The position numbers and the translations under genes are program-made. Below, piece by piece: positions 36,966 through 48,186 of a DNA stretch of 53,555 bases (position 1 is its first letter; each line of letters starts with the position of its first letter). The notes under the pieces are model-generated. The model did no database searches and was not told where the DNA came from. It saw only the letters and a program-made list of their open reading frames with translations. This DNA is from Cyanophyceae cyanobacterium (GTDB lineage: Bacteria > Cyanobacteriota > Cyanobacteriia > Cyanobacteriales > JBHJGN01): assembly GCA_050331735.1 (NCBI GenBank), contig JBHJGN010000061.1, positions 1 through 53,555 on the forward strand, given 5' to 3'.

Positions 36966-38255
36966 CTAAAGCTGCCACTGAAAAAAACGCACCACCTGAC
37001 CAAGGCTACGCTGCCAAGCAGGACGCTGTTGCCAAGTTTGTAAACTAGCCCGCTTACTTTGAGAAAACCCTTTCTCAAAAGCCTGTTCCAGGCTATTGAT
37101 TAAAAACGGATTGGCCGCAGAAATATCCAACTCGTCGTTGTGGAAAAAGCTGCGTGGGTCAAAATTAGCGCTTCCTGTATTCACCCAACAATCGTCTACC
37201 AGCAGCATTTTCGCATGGATCATGCTGGGCTGATACTCGTAAATTTCTACTCCTCCTTTTAATAACTCTCCATACAGTTCGGCGGAAGCGTAATAGACAA
37301 ACTTCTTGTCAGTACGAATGCTGGTTGTAAGAATGCGTACATCAATCCCAGCTCGTTTCGCCTCTAGCAGCAGCTTGCGGGAATTAAGATCCGGGAGGAA
37401 ATAAGGACTAGAAATCCAAATTCTTTTTCTAGCAGCAGCGATACAGTTGAGCTTTAAGGCTTTAATCGGAGAAAAGCGGTAGGTAGGATTCGTTCCGGGG
37501 GTAATGAGAATAAGCGGGTTCTCGGCAGGATCGGGTTTAATCAAGGCTTCAGCTAAGTCAGCGACGCCGCCACTGTAGGTTAAGTGCTGCATAAAAAGAC
37601 CTTCTAAAACCGCAACAATTTCTCCTTCTAGACGCACTTCAATGTCAAACCAGGGTTGGGTGTCGTGGGCTTGTTCTACGCCATCCCACAAATCGGAAAC
37701 TCCAGCCCCCCCAATGAGGGCAAATTGACTGTCGGTCAGCAACAGCTTGCGGTGGGTGCGTCCGGCATAATTGGCTGGGGCACGCCAGTTAAACTGATTG
37801 AAAAAGGCTATGTGGACTCCGGCTGCCTTGAGGCGCTGCCAGTAGCGATCGCCTAACTTTCTGGTTCCGTAACTATCGACGACCAGCCGAACTTCCACTC
37901 CGGCGGCGGCGCGTTCGGCGATCGCCGCTGCAAAATCGTTAGCCCTCCGTCCGGGAGTCATGAAGAAGGTTTCAAAGTGAATCGTTCGTTGGGCACTTTG
38001 AATGGCTTGCAGGCGAGCCTGCTGAATGTCGTCTACTTCAGACCAAAAGTGAGTGATCGCTCCCGAAGTGTAGAACGAGCTTGATAGACTAGCTAGAGTT
38101 AGCGGAAAGCGGGGCTCGCCCGGACTTGGACTATTTTTGACTCGGTACTTGACAGATTGCCGAAAAGCACCTCGGATATAGAGGCCAATCAGAATGAGGC
38201 AGGCTAGTCCCAACACGAGCCAGAAAAGCCACTGGAGAATAGCAAAAATAGACAT
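36966..38255 (-). CDS. Phospholipase D family / cardiolipin synthase (ClsB-like)
   Basis: Two HKD motifs HRKLLLTD and HAKMLLVD; GSANFDPRS; N-terminal TM. Confidence 0.88.
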   Translation of the reverse strand: MSIFAILQWLFWLVLGLACLILIGLYIRGAFRQSVKYRVKNSPSPGEPRFPLTLASLSSSFYTSGAITHFWSEVDDIQQARLQAIQSAQRTIHFETFFMTPGRRANDFAAAIAERAAAGVEVRLVVDSYGTRKLGDRYWQRLKAAGVHIAFFNQFNWRAPANYAGRTHRKLLLTDSQFALIGGAGVSDLWDGVEQAHDTQPWFDIEVRLEGEIVAVLEGLFMQHLTYSGGVADLAEALIKPDPAENPLILITPGTNPTYRFSPIKALKLNCIAAARKRIWISSPYFLPDLNSRKLLLEAKRAGIDVRILTTSIRTDKKFVYYASAELYGELLKGGVEIYEYQPSMIHAKMLLVDDCWVNTGSANFDPRSFFHNDELDISAANPFLINSLEQAFEKGFSQSKRASLQTWQQRPAWQRSLGQVVRFFQWQL

Positions 38256-38695
38256 GGCTATCCGGTTCAAGGAGTAAGTGACGCTGATTCCACAGACGTT
38301 AGTGATGGGTTAGGGGGTTAATCAGTCATCTTTAGATCCAAATGAGCGCTCAAGGACTCATAGTTAACCTCTCCCTTTTTAACAAATTATCATCGGGCCA
38401 AAGAGGTCAAGAACAACCTTATGGTTGGAAACATTAGCTAGATTTGGCCGCGTCCCGAAAGGAATTGACGGCCTCTGGCGTTCACCGATTTGTAGAAGCC
38501 CGCGATCGCCGCTTAGTAGGACTCCGAGCTAGGCCAGCGATTGCGAACTCGGTGAAAGTTAGCCGGATCAAGAGGCGGTTGGGGGAATATTCTGTCTTTT
38601 TATCAACAGGATTAAATATTTTGATAGATGCTGAGGGTTCGACAGACAGAGTATTATTTTCTAGCTAACTGAAAAATGAGCGATTAGCAGAGCGG

Positions 38696-39517
38696 TTGAG
38701 TCAGCGATCGCTTGAAGAGCAGGAGAGATTTATGTGGGTAGAAAAACTAGCTCGGTTTGGCTATGCGACTAAAGGAGCCGTTTACGGTCTGATTGGTGTC
38801 CTGGCACTGATGGCCGCTTTTGGTTCAGGGGGCAAAACCACCGATACTCAAGGAGCTTTGCATACCATCGCCGGACAGCCTTTTGGACAAGTCTTACTCA
38901 TCGTGATTGCTATTGGCTTACTCGGCTATGCTCTCTGGCGTTTGGTAGAAGCTTGGAAAGATCCAGAACACAAGGGAGACGACGCTCAAGGAATTGCGAC
39001 TCGTCTGGGTTACGTTACCAGTGGTTTTATCTATGCCGCTTTATCCGTTAACGCCGCCTTAATCGCGTTCGGGTCTAGCGGCGGTAGCGGAGGCGGCAGT
39101 TCAAGGCAAACCTGGACGGCGCGCCTCATGCAGCAGCCGTTTGGTCGGTGGCTCGTCGGCATTGTAGGAGCGATTGTTATTGGTGTTGGGATTTATCGAA
39201 TTTACAAGGCTTACAAAATTAAATTCCGCAAGCGGCTGAATCTGAGGGAACTGAATCAGAACCAGGAACAGTGGGTCGTCAATATTTGTCGATTTGGAAT
39301 TGCGGCCAGAGGCGTTGTATTTGTTATGCTTGGTTTTTTCGTTCTCCAGGCAGCTTATCAGTCTGACCCAAATGAAGTCAGAGGACTGGACGGAGCCCTA
39401 CAAACCTTAGCCCAACAGCCCTACGGCAAAATTCTTTTAGGGGTAGCTGCCCTTGGTCTAGTTGCCTATGCAATTTACTTGGTGGTGCAGGCGCGCTATC
39501 GCCGATTCAAAACTTAA
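38696..39517 (+). CDS. DUF1206-family membrane protein
   Basis: Three repeats of LARFG/ARG...QPFG/QPYG; alternative ATG at 38732. Confidence 0.82.
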   Translation: MSQRSLEEQERFMWVEKLARFGYATKGAVYGLIGVLALMAAFGSGGKTTDTQGALHTIAGQPFGQVLLIVIAIGLLGYALWRLVEAWKDPEHKGDDAQGIATRLGYVTSGFIYAALSVNAALIAFGSSGGSGGGSSRQTWTARLMQQPFGRWLVGIVGAIVIGVGIYRIYKAYKIKFRKRLNLRELNQNQEQWVVNICRFGIAARGVVFVMLGFFVLQAAYQSDPNEVRGLDGALQTLAQQPYGKILLGVAALGLVAYAIYLVVQARYRRFKT

Positions 39518-39540
39518 ATAGATTCCATCTCGCTTCAGTT

Positions 39541-39608
39541 AGTCCCGTTATTAAATCACGGGACTCTCTCAAACTGTCTGCTGGAGAAAACTCCGGCAAG
39601 ACGGTTTG
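39541..39608. terminator. Tandem hairpins between convergent DUF1206 and lipid kinase genes
   Basis: AGTCCCGT-9 nt-ACGGGACT, then CAAACTGTCTGCTGGAG-AAAA-CTCCGGCAAGACGGTTTG. Confidence 0.6.
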
Positions 39609-39682
39609 AACCTAAGCTCAGTTCAACGAGCGGAGCACTCTTAACCTTGGTCCCTGCCGTGTCCTTGCTCTTAACCATTAAA

Positions 39683-40648
39683 TTAATTCGGCTTCGGCTC
39701 TACTTGAATGTTCGGTAATCCTTCGAGTCTTTCAAATACCTTTTCTTCTGCTGTCGCCTGGAAGAACACCGTTAATCCTTCGGGAATGCATTCAACATCA
39801 ATAGGCGTGTCTCCTGCTATTTCTCCATCGATTGCCACTTTCTGCGGTGGATTGGTGGTTACTTTTAAGCGGTTTGTGCGCAGGTAGGCAATATCATCGC
39901 GCTTTGCTGGATTGCCCTGAAGAGCAGTTTGAAGGAGGTGGTAGGAGGCGCCGATAGCGCCCGTTAGATTTGTGATAGCGACGATGGTGACATCTAATAA
40001 GCCATCATCGTACACAATCCCCCCTGGACCCTGCGCCAGAATAGAAGTCGGCGGTGCTGCGTTGGCTACCGTAACGGCTCCGGCGTTAATACCGCGAATG
40101 ACTTTATCATCTGTTTCAATTTCAACTTCAAAAGTCTCAAACTCCGGCAGATTTTTCATCCCAGACAGAATGTAGGCAGCGGCTCCCCAGCGTTTTTTAG
40201 ACTGCCGAGTGGTGTTTTTTACCGTCTCAGCCTCAAACCCCACTCCTGCTAGTAAAACCATCGGTTGCCCGTTACATCGAGCAACATCAATCTTTTTGGT
40301 TTTACCCTCTAGGATAGCCTGACAGGCTTCTTCAATCGTGTCGGGAAGCTTAAGAGCAGCAGCAAAGGCGTTGGCCGTTCCTCGCGAGATCACTCCCATC
40401 GGAATATCTGTTTCGACTAGAGCTTCTGCTGCCGCTGAGAGAGTGCCGTCTCCTCCAGAAACAATGATGGCCTCTGCCTGACGTTCGACGGCTTCTTTGG
40501 CTAAGCGATCCGCTCCAACCTCTTCCGTCGTCATGCGAATATCGAGCTCGACGTTAGGCTCTAGCAGCAGCTTAATTCGGTCTAAGTCTTGGTCGGGGTC
40601 ACTTTGACCAGCAACGGGATTAAATATTAAACAGGCAGTTCTACTCAT
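39683..40648 (-). CDS. YegS/Rv2252/BmrU-family lipid (diacylglycerol) kinase
   Basis: IFNPVAG, SGGDGT, RGTANAFA, DDGLLDV, IDGE. Confidence 0.92.
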   Translation of the reverse strand: MSRTACLIFNPVAGQSDPDQDLDRIKLLLEPNVELDIRMTTEEVGADRLAKEAVERQAEAIIVSGGDGTLSAAAEALVETDIPMGVISRGTANAFAAALKLPDTIEEACQAILEGKTKKIDVARCNGQPMVLLAGVGFEAETVKNTTRQSKKRWGAAAYILSGMKNLPEFETFEVEIETDDKVIRGINAGAVTVANAAPPTSILAQGPGGIVYDDGLLDVTIVAITNLTGAIGASYHLLQTALQGNPAKRDDIAYLRTNRLKVTTNPPQKVAIDGEIAGDTPIDVECIPEGLTVFFQATAEEKVFERLEGLPNIQVEPKPN

Positions 40649-40841
40649 CTCAAGTCACTCTGCTCCTCAAGCACAATTAAGATTAGCTCGCTCTGAACGC
40701 AATTAACAACTGTAGGCTAGGGATAAGCTATGCCCGGTTCCCAGGGACGCTTTTTTCAGTCAGTCAAGGCGCTGGGGTCTGAGTCGCTAGTAGAAAATCG
40801 GCTAACGCTGGCCTCCTACTCGAAATCCTATGCGACAGCCT

Positions 40842-41180
40842 CTATTCTTGAGTGGTTAGAGACTCTAGCTGAATCTCGACGGCTTCTAGATAAGCTTTGT
40901 CTTCCAGAGCTTTTGGAGATAGCACTCCGGCCTCAACCGCTGCCTGAACAATGTCTTCTGCCTCGACCGTTCCCAGTTCGTATTCAGATGTTAGCTCTAG
41001 ATAGCCAGGAATTCCTTGTTCTTCTAATTCTCCTCGATAGGCAGAGCTGACTAAATTGAATGCTTCAGTTCTGCGAATCTCACTGGGAGAGGAACTAGCG
41101 ACACTTTCCGTTGGGGCCCCAGCGTACGCAGGAGCGAGCAGCGACAGTACAACCGCCGCACCAACAACTAGGCTTCTCAT
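40842..41180 (-). CDS. Small secreted acidic hypothetical protein
   Basis: Signal peptide (AYA cleavage site), AFNLVSSAYRGELEEQGIPGY. Confidence 0.75.
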   Translation of the reverse strand: MRSLVVGAAVVLSLLAPAYAGAPTESVASSSPSEIRRTEAFNLVSSAYRGELEEQGIPGYLELTSEYELGTVEAEDIVQAAVEAGVLSPKALEDKAYLEAVEIQLESLTTQE

Positions 41181-41298
41181 GTATCTATCAAAAATTCAGT
41201 CTAGACTAATCTTATGAAGAGATTAAGAAACGCGCTTCTAGCGAGAGAGATAGCCCGCTCGTTATCCTCATCTTTCTCAAGCAAGATATCTGGAGAGT

Positions 41299-42021
41299 TT
41301 ACAGTTGCCCGTGCATAGCCAACTTCATCTCGCGAACGGCTCTTTCAATCCCAACTAAGATGGAGCGACTCACAATGGTATGTCCAATGTTCAACTCTTC
41401 CATTCCGGTGATACAGGCAACGGGATAAACGTTCCTATACGTTAAGCCATGACCGGCGTTTACTCTCAGCCCCAGAGACAGCGCTTGTTCAGCTCCCTGA
41501 GCTAAGGTGTTCAGTTCGCGCTGGCGTGTTGCTCGCTCAAAAGCCTCGGCATATTTCCCGGTGTGTAGCTCGATAAACTGAGCTCCTGTTCTAGCAGCGG
41601 CCTCAATTTGCTGAGGTTCCGCGTCGATAAACCAGCTAACTGGAATCTGAGCGGTCTGTAGCTGTGCAACCATTTCACTGAGGCGTTCAAAATTGCCAGC
41701 TACATCTAATCCGCCTTCAGTGGTCACTTCTTCACGTTTTTCTGGGACTAGGGTAACGTAGTCTGGGCAGATCTCGAGGGCGATCGCTACCATTTCTTCG
41801 GTGGGGGCCATTTCTAAGTTGAGATGACTCTGCACGGTTTGCCGCAGCAGTCGTACATCTCGCTCCTGAATGTGTCGCCGATCTTCTCGCAGATGAACGG
41901 TAATACCATCGGCCCCCCCGAGTTCTGCTAAAACGGCGGCGGCCACCGGGTCAGGTTCGACGGTTCGGCGAGCCTGACGCACCGTTGCTACGTGGTCGAT
42001 ATTAACACCAAGAGTTAGCAA
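41299..42021 (-). CDS. pdxJ: Pyridoxine 5'-phosphate synthase
   Basis: [39 protein letters not shown]. Confidence 0.97.
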   Translation of the reverse strand: MLTLGVNIDHVATVRQARRTVEPDPVAAAVLAELGGADGITVHLREDRRHIQERDVRLLRQTVQSHLNLEMAPTEEMVAIALEICPDYVTLVPEKREEVTTEGGLDVAGNFERLSEMVAQLQTAQIPVSWFIDAEPQQIEAAARTGAQFIELHTGKYAEAFERATRQRELNTLAQGAEQALSLGLRVNAGHGLTYRNVYPVACITGMEELNIGHTIVSRSILVGIERAVREMKLAMHGQL

Positions 42022-42131
42022 TTGTTCTCTAGCTCAAATAACAAGTTTACTGCCGTTGTTAGCCGCTGCCGACTATTGCTCAAAATCGGGTTACTGATTA
42101 AAGCAACATCGAGCAGACCACTAACCGAAAC

Positions 42132-42524
42132 TCAATCAAGATATCCCATTAAACCCGTGGGATCGATCTCGTTAGAGGCAACCGGGCGATTGCCCATGAC
42201 AACGTAGGTTTCGCTAACCTGTAGATGGCTAGCAGCGATCGGACGCTTGCCGGAAACCGTCAGCATTCCGCTAACTTCCATGGTGCTAGCCGTGATCGGG
42301 CGATTTCCGCCAACCGAAGAAAACGTTTCTACAACCCGCAGGTGGCTTGACTCTACAGGGCGCTGCCCGGGCAACTTGGTATGTTCTTGAAGCTGTAGCT
42401 TGAGCGGCTGTTTGTCGCCGGATTGCTTAGAAATCGATAACGCTCCTTGCTCTGAGTTATTCTCTGAGCCAGCTTTCTGTTCACCTTGTTGGTCAGTTTC
42501 CTGTACATTCTCGTCAGCGCTCAT
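42132..42524 (-). CDS. Hypothetical protein with four internal GxRP(V/I)xxS repeats
   Basis: GQRPVESS, GNRPITAS, GKRPIAAS and GNRPVASN at about 19-20-aa spacing; AGGAG RBS. Confidence 0.8.
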   Translation of the reverse strand: MSADENVQETDQQGEQKAGSENNSEQGALSISKQSGDKQPLKLQLQEHTKLPGQRPVESSHLRVVETFSSVGGNRPITASTMEVSGMLTVSGKRPIAASHLQVSETYVVMGNRPVASNEIDPTGLMGYLD

Positions 42525-42840
42525 TTAAATCTCCTTGTCTAGTTTAGTGAGCTCAACTCAGTCGGCAGCAGACTCTCCTGTTGGTAGCTTTACGCCTGGT
42601 CTGATTCGAGCTTTAATTTTTCTTTAACAATTATCTTTATTATAAAATGACGAAGGGCACGCACTTCAAAATTCCCGAGATTAAAAAATTAAATTAGAAC
42701 GCGTTGCATAACTTATATTGAGGCTCCCGATGGCTGTGACGGCGACCGTGCTGGCTAGAGGGGCGGCTGCCTCAGACAAGCTGAGGTAATTGGCATTCGT
42801 TTTGGCGGTGATTTATCTTAATCAAAGGGCGGTAATTTTT

Positions 42841-44838
<1,998 letters not shown>

Positions 44839-45226
44839 GGAGCCGAGGAGAAAGGCCTAGTAACCAATGGCTAGGAATGCTATCGTTGGCTGCCAAAAAT
44901 GTCTCAACTTTTTCTGTTATTTTGTACCGTCAAAAGACAAAAAAACTACCTTGTTACGGTAGATTGGCGTCATGTTAAGGCCGCCTACTTTAGTGAAGGA
45001 GCTTCGATTTTTGAGGATTAGCGATTTTACTCTTCCTTTCTACTGTTGACAGTTGCTAAAATTGGGCTCTAATTGCTAGAATTATGGATAACTTCGGGTA
45101 GGGATCAGTGCAATTACTGGAATTTCATAGATTCTCTTAACTTTCATTGAGAACTTATGATAAGTTACTGACAGCGAAGGTTTCGATACCTTTGTCGGTA
45201 CAAATAGTGTTTTTCCAGAATACATA

Positions 45227-46999
45227 ATGACAAAGACTACCTCGGCGGTTAGGGCTTTTATCGAGAGTGATAACGGCGAGCCCTTGACATATCAGGACTT
45301 GGATCGCGCCGTTGAAGCTATTTGTTGCAGTCCTCACTTTAGAGACTTGCTCCTTGCACTAATAGACGGCAAAGCCTTCTCTCAAGAGCTCGGACAAGAA
45401 TTTGAGTCGGCAGGAGCCATTCAAGGCTTGTCGAGCTGTCGCAGACTGCGAAGCTGTCTCAATTTATCGCTGAGCAGTTTTTTTGGGCTGCTTGCAGAGC
45501 TAATATCTGCCTTCAACGAAGCTACTGGCGAGCAGTGGTTCGCTTTTACCGATAGAATTTATCAATCCGCATTGGGGACGACTAAACTTTTAGACCGTCT
45601 GCGCCGCAGCCAAGAGCAAGCTTTCTACCAAGAACTAGCGTCTCAACTGGTTGAAGCGGACCCTCATGCAATTTTTCCGACATCGAGCTATCGTGAATGC
45701 CGTGGACACGTTGTCAGCACCGCTGACGACCAAACTATTGAAGCCGTGATGAGCGCGAGCACCTTTACCTCCATTAAGCTGATCGACAATGCTTTAGTCC
45801 CTGAACAGACTCTCCTCCGAGATACCTATATTTCCCTCGGACGCTGTGTCTGTTTAGTGGACCAGAATGTAGACCGCTACTATAGCGAGCAGCTTGAGCA
45901 TTACTTTCACTATCACGGCATTCATCTAGAAAAGCTGGTCTATCGGGCGATGGAAGTAGACAAGGGCATTCATACAGTGGAGCGCATGCTCGGTGACTTC
46001 AAGCGTCTGGGAGTTTCTCGTAATGAGCCTGTGCTTATCGTTGGAGGCGGTGTATTGGCTGATACGGGAGGTCTGGCCTGTGCTTTGTATCACCGGAATA
46101 CTCCTTACGTCATGCTTTCTACATCGATTGTGGCTGGAATCGATGCCGGTCCATCTCCGCGAACCTGTTGCGATGGCTTTGGCTATAAAAATCTCTTTGG
46201 GTCTTACCATCCGCCAGTACTTTCTATTACAGATCGCTTCTTCTTTAAGACTCTCCGAGAAGGATGGCTGCGACACGGCATTATAGAAATTGTCAAAATG
46301 GCTGTAGTCAAAGATGCCGAGCTATTCTCCGACCTAGAGAAAGCCGGATCGCAGCTTATTACCACTCGTTTTGGAACGACGAACTGCCAGCCAGAAGATG
46401 AAATTAACGCCCTCTCCCAAAAAATACTGGGGGCAGCGTTACGTAGCTATGTAGCAGCGGAGTATGGCAACCTTTATGAGACTCATCAGTGTCGTCCTCA
46501 TGCCTATGGACATACCTGGTCTCCTGGCTTTGAAATTGAAGCGGGATTACTCCACGGCCATGCCGTTGCCATTGGAATGGGCTTTGGCGCCTACTTGAGC
46601 TATCGTTTGAACTGGATTAGCGCTGAAGTTTGCCAGAGAATTCTGCGTCTCATCAGCTCGTTTGGATTGAGTCTGTGGCATGATGTTCTGCTGAATAAGG
46701 AAACGCTCTGGGCCTCCCAGGAAAAAATTATTCAGAAAAGGGGTCGAAATCTAGCCGCGCCTCTCCCCAAGGGAAAGATCGGTTGCTGTGGCTACCTAAA
46801 TTCTCTGTCCCGCGATAAGCTTTATGAAGCAATAGAGGAGTACAGAACGGTTTGTGCAGATTATCCAAGACAAGGTTTAGGCATTGAGCCGCTCTGTAGT
46901 GATGTCGGACTTGAGGATCCTTCAACGGTCGCCCACCATATTCCAGAGACGGTGTCAGCCTACCAAGAGGATCCAGAAGAAATGTTGTCTAGCGTATAA
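45227..46999 (+). CDS. Sedoheptulose-7-phosphate cyclase (DHQS superfamily; divergent DDGS/MysA-like) with about 170-aa N-terminal extension
   Basis: VDQNV, GGGVLADTGG, TSIVAGIDAG, KNLFGSYHPP, EIVKMA, AYGHTWSP, LLHGHAVAIGM. Confidence 0.85.
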   Translation: MTKTTSAVRAFIESDNGEPLTYQDLDRAVEAICCSPHFRDLLLALIDGKAFSQELGQEFESAGAIQGLSSCRRLRSCLNLSLSSFFGLLAELISAFNEATGEQWFAFTDRIYQSALGTTKLLDRLRRSQEQAFYQELASQLVEADPHAIFPTSSYRECRGHVVSTADDQTIEAVMSASTFTSIKLIDNALVPEQTLLRDTYISLGRCVCLVDQNVDRYYSEQLEHYFHYHGIHLEKLVYRAMEVDKGIHTVERMLGDFKRLGVSRNEPVLIVGGGVLADTGGLACALYHRNTPYVMLSTSIVAGIDAGPSPRTCCDGFGYKNLFGSYHPPVLSITDRFFFKTLREGWLRHGIIEIVKMAVVKDAELFSDLEKAGSQLITTRFGTTNCQPEDEINALSQKILGAALRSYVAAEYGNLYETHQCRPHAYGHTWSPGFEIEAGLLHGHAVAIGMGFGAYLSYRLNWISAEVCQRILRLISSFGLSLWHDVLLNKETLWASQEKIIQKRGRNLAAPLPKGKIGCCGYLNSLSRDKLYEAIEEYRTVCADYPRQGLGIEPLCSDVGLEDPSTVAHHIPETVSAYQEDPEEMLSSV

Positions 47000-47019
47000 C
47001 AATCTACTACGCCCAAGTT

Positions 47020-48036
47020 ATGATACAAGAAGCAATAGACTTTGTGATTCCGCTATATCGAGTACGCTGGAATACGCGGGCTGTGTTGGAGGGATTGACA
47101 ACCCACTACAGACCACGAACTATTCACGTCGTCACGCCAAAATCCCAGGCGGGACTGCTCGCCGAGCGAGCGCAAGTCTGGCAAATTGCTCCCCTCTATA
47201 CCTATGAGGAAGAAACCTTTTTTCATAGAAAGAATGGTCTCACCAAGGAGAGCATCTGCGCCGAGCTGATTGTTGAGGAATCACTCTATCGCCCTGGCTG
47301 GTTCTATCAGCAGCTTCTCAAGCTTGGCGCTTCTGAAGGAATTGAGGGTCTTAATGAATGGTATGTTGTTTGGGACAGCGATTTGCTTCCCGTCTCTCCC
47401 TGGTCGCTTCTAGGCGAAGGCGGGCAGCATACCTTTGCCCTGCTCCAGAACAATCAGTGGGGGAATGCTCAAATTGTATCTACTTGGGCTGAGTGGATTC
47501 GCTCAGTGCTGGGGGTGGAACCGCTGACCGATAGTGTTGGTACTTTCATTCCCCATCACATTTGGTTCAAACAAGAGCACCTTGAATCTTTTAAACGTCA
47601 GTTGAGTGTCTACTTTCAGTCAGACACCTCTTGGCTCCTGTTGATGATGCGCTCAGCAAATCAGTTCGGCACCTTCAGTGAATACTGGTCCTATGCCTCC
47701 TGGGTAGCAGCCAGAGCTCCTGCTGACCTGGCTTTTCATCCCTACGAAAAATATGGAGCGACTACTGAAAGATTTTTCGACGACGGGACTGGGCGGTTCT
47801 CGGCTGCGCTTCAGCGTTATCAATCGCTGATGACTGCGAATGAAGGTTTTTCTCCTCCTTATGCAGAGGTGGAAGCTTTTATTCGAGCCGAGTATGGCAC
47901 AAAAGCTCTACCGTCTTCGCTGTCCTTTGAAAGTAGCCCCCGTCATCTTCAAAAGCAGGCGGAGACCATGCATATTGAAGAGTTCCGTTCTCGCTGGAAT
48001 CCGCGCTCCACTGAAGTCTCGAGCGCAAACATCTAA
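47020..48036 (+). CDS. Hypothetical protein, GT-A-like (DUF6492-like)
   Basis: N-terminal IDFVIP, GWFYQQLLKL, YVVWDSD (DxD), FSEY; starts 20 bp after the cyclase. Confidence 0.6.
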   Translation: MIQEAIDFVIPLYRVRWNTRAVLEGLTTHYRPRTIHVVTPKSQAGLLAERAQVWQIAPLYTYEEETFFHRKNGLTKESICAELIVEESLYRPGWFYQQLLKLGASEGIEGLNEWYVVWDSDLLPVSPWSLLGEGGQHTFALLQNNQWGNAQIVSTWAEWIRSVLGVEPLTDSVGTFIPHHIWFKQEHLESFKRQLSVYFQSDTSWLLLMMRSANQFGTFSEYWSYASWVAARAPADLAFHPYEKYGATTERFFDDGTGRFSAALQRYQSLMTANEGFSPPYAEVEAFIRAEYGTKALPSSLSFESSPRHLQKQAETMHIEEFRSRWNPRSTEVSSANI

Positions 48037-48186
48037 GTCGTGGCATCGCCCCTTGTAGTATCGATGCAAAACCAGCGTCAGCAGGAGACGAGTCCCTGCG
48101 CATTTTCACTCTATACTGTACTAGAATAGTCGAGCTATCACTGCTGGTCTTAGAAATTGTTGGTTTTTGAGCCAATTGCTGAGCTC

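Noticed and set aside
42600..42840. LexA box upstream of uvrB or the cyclase
   Set aside because: No RGTAC-N3-DGTWCB match found by eye, so SOS co-regulation is not supported.
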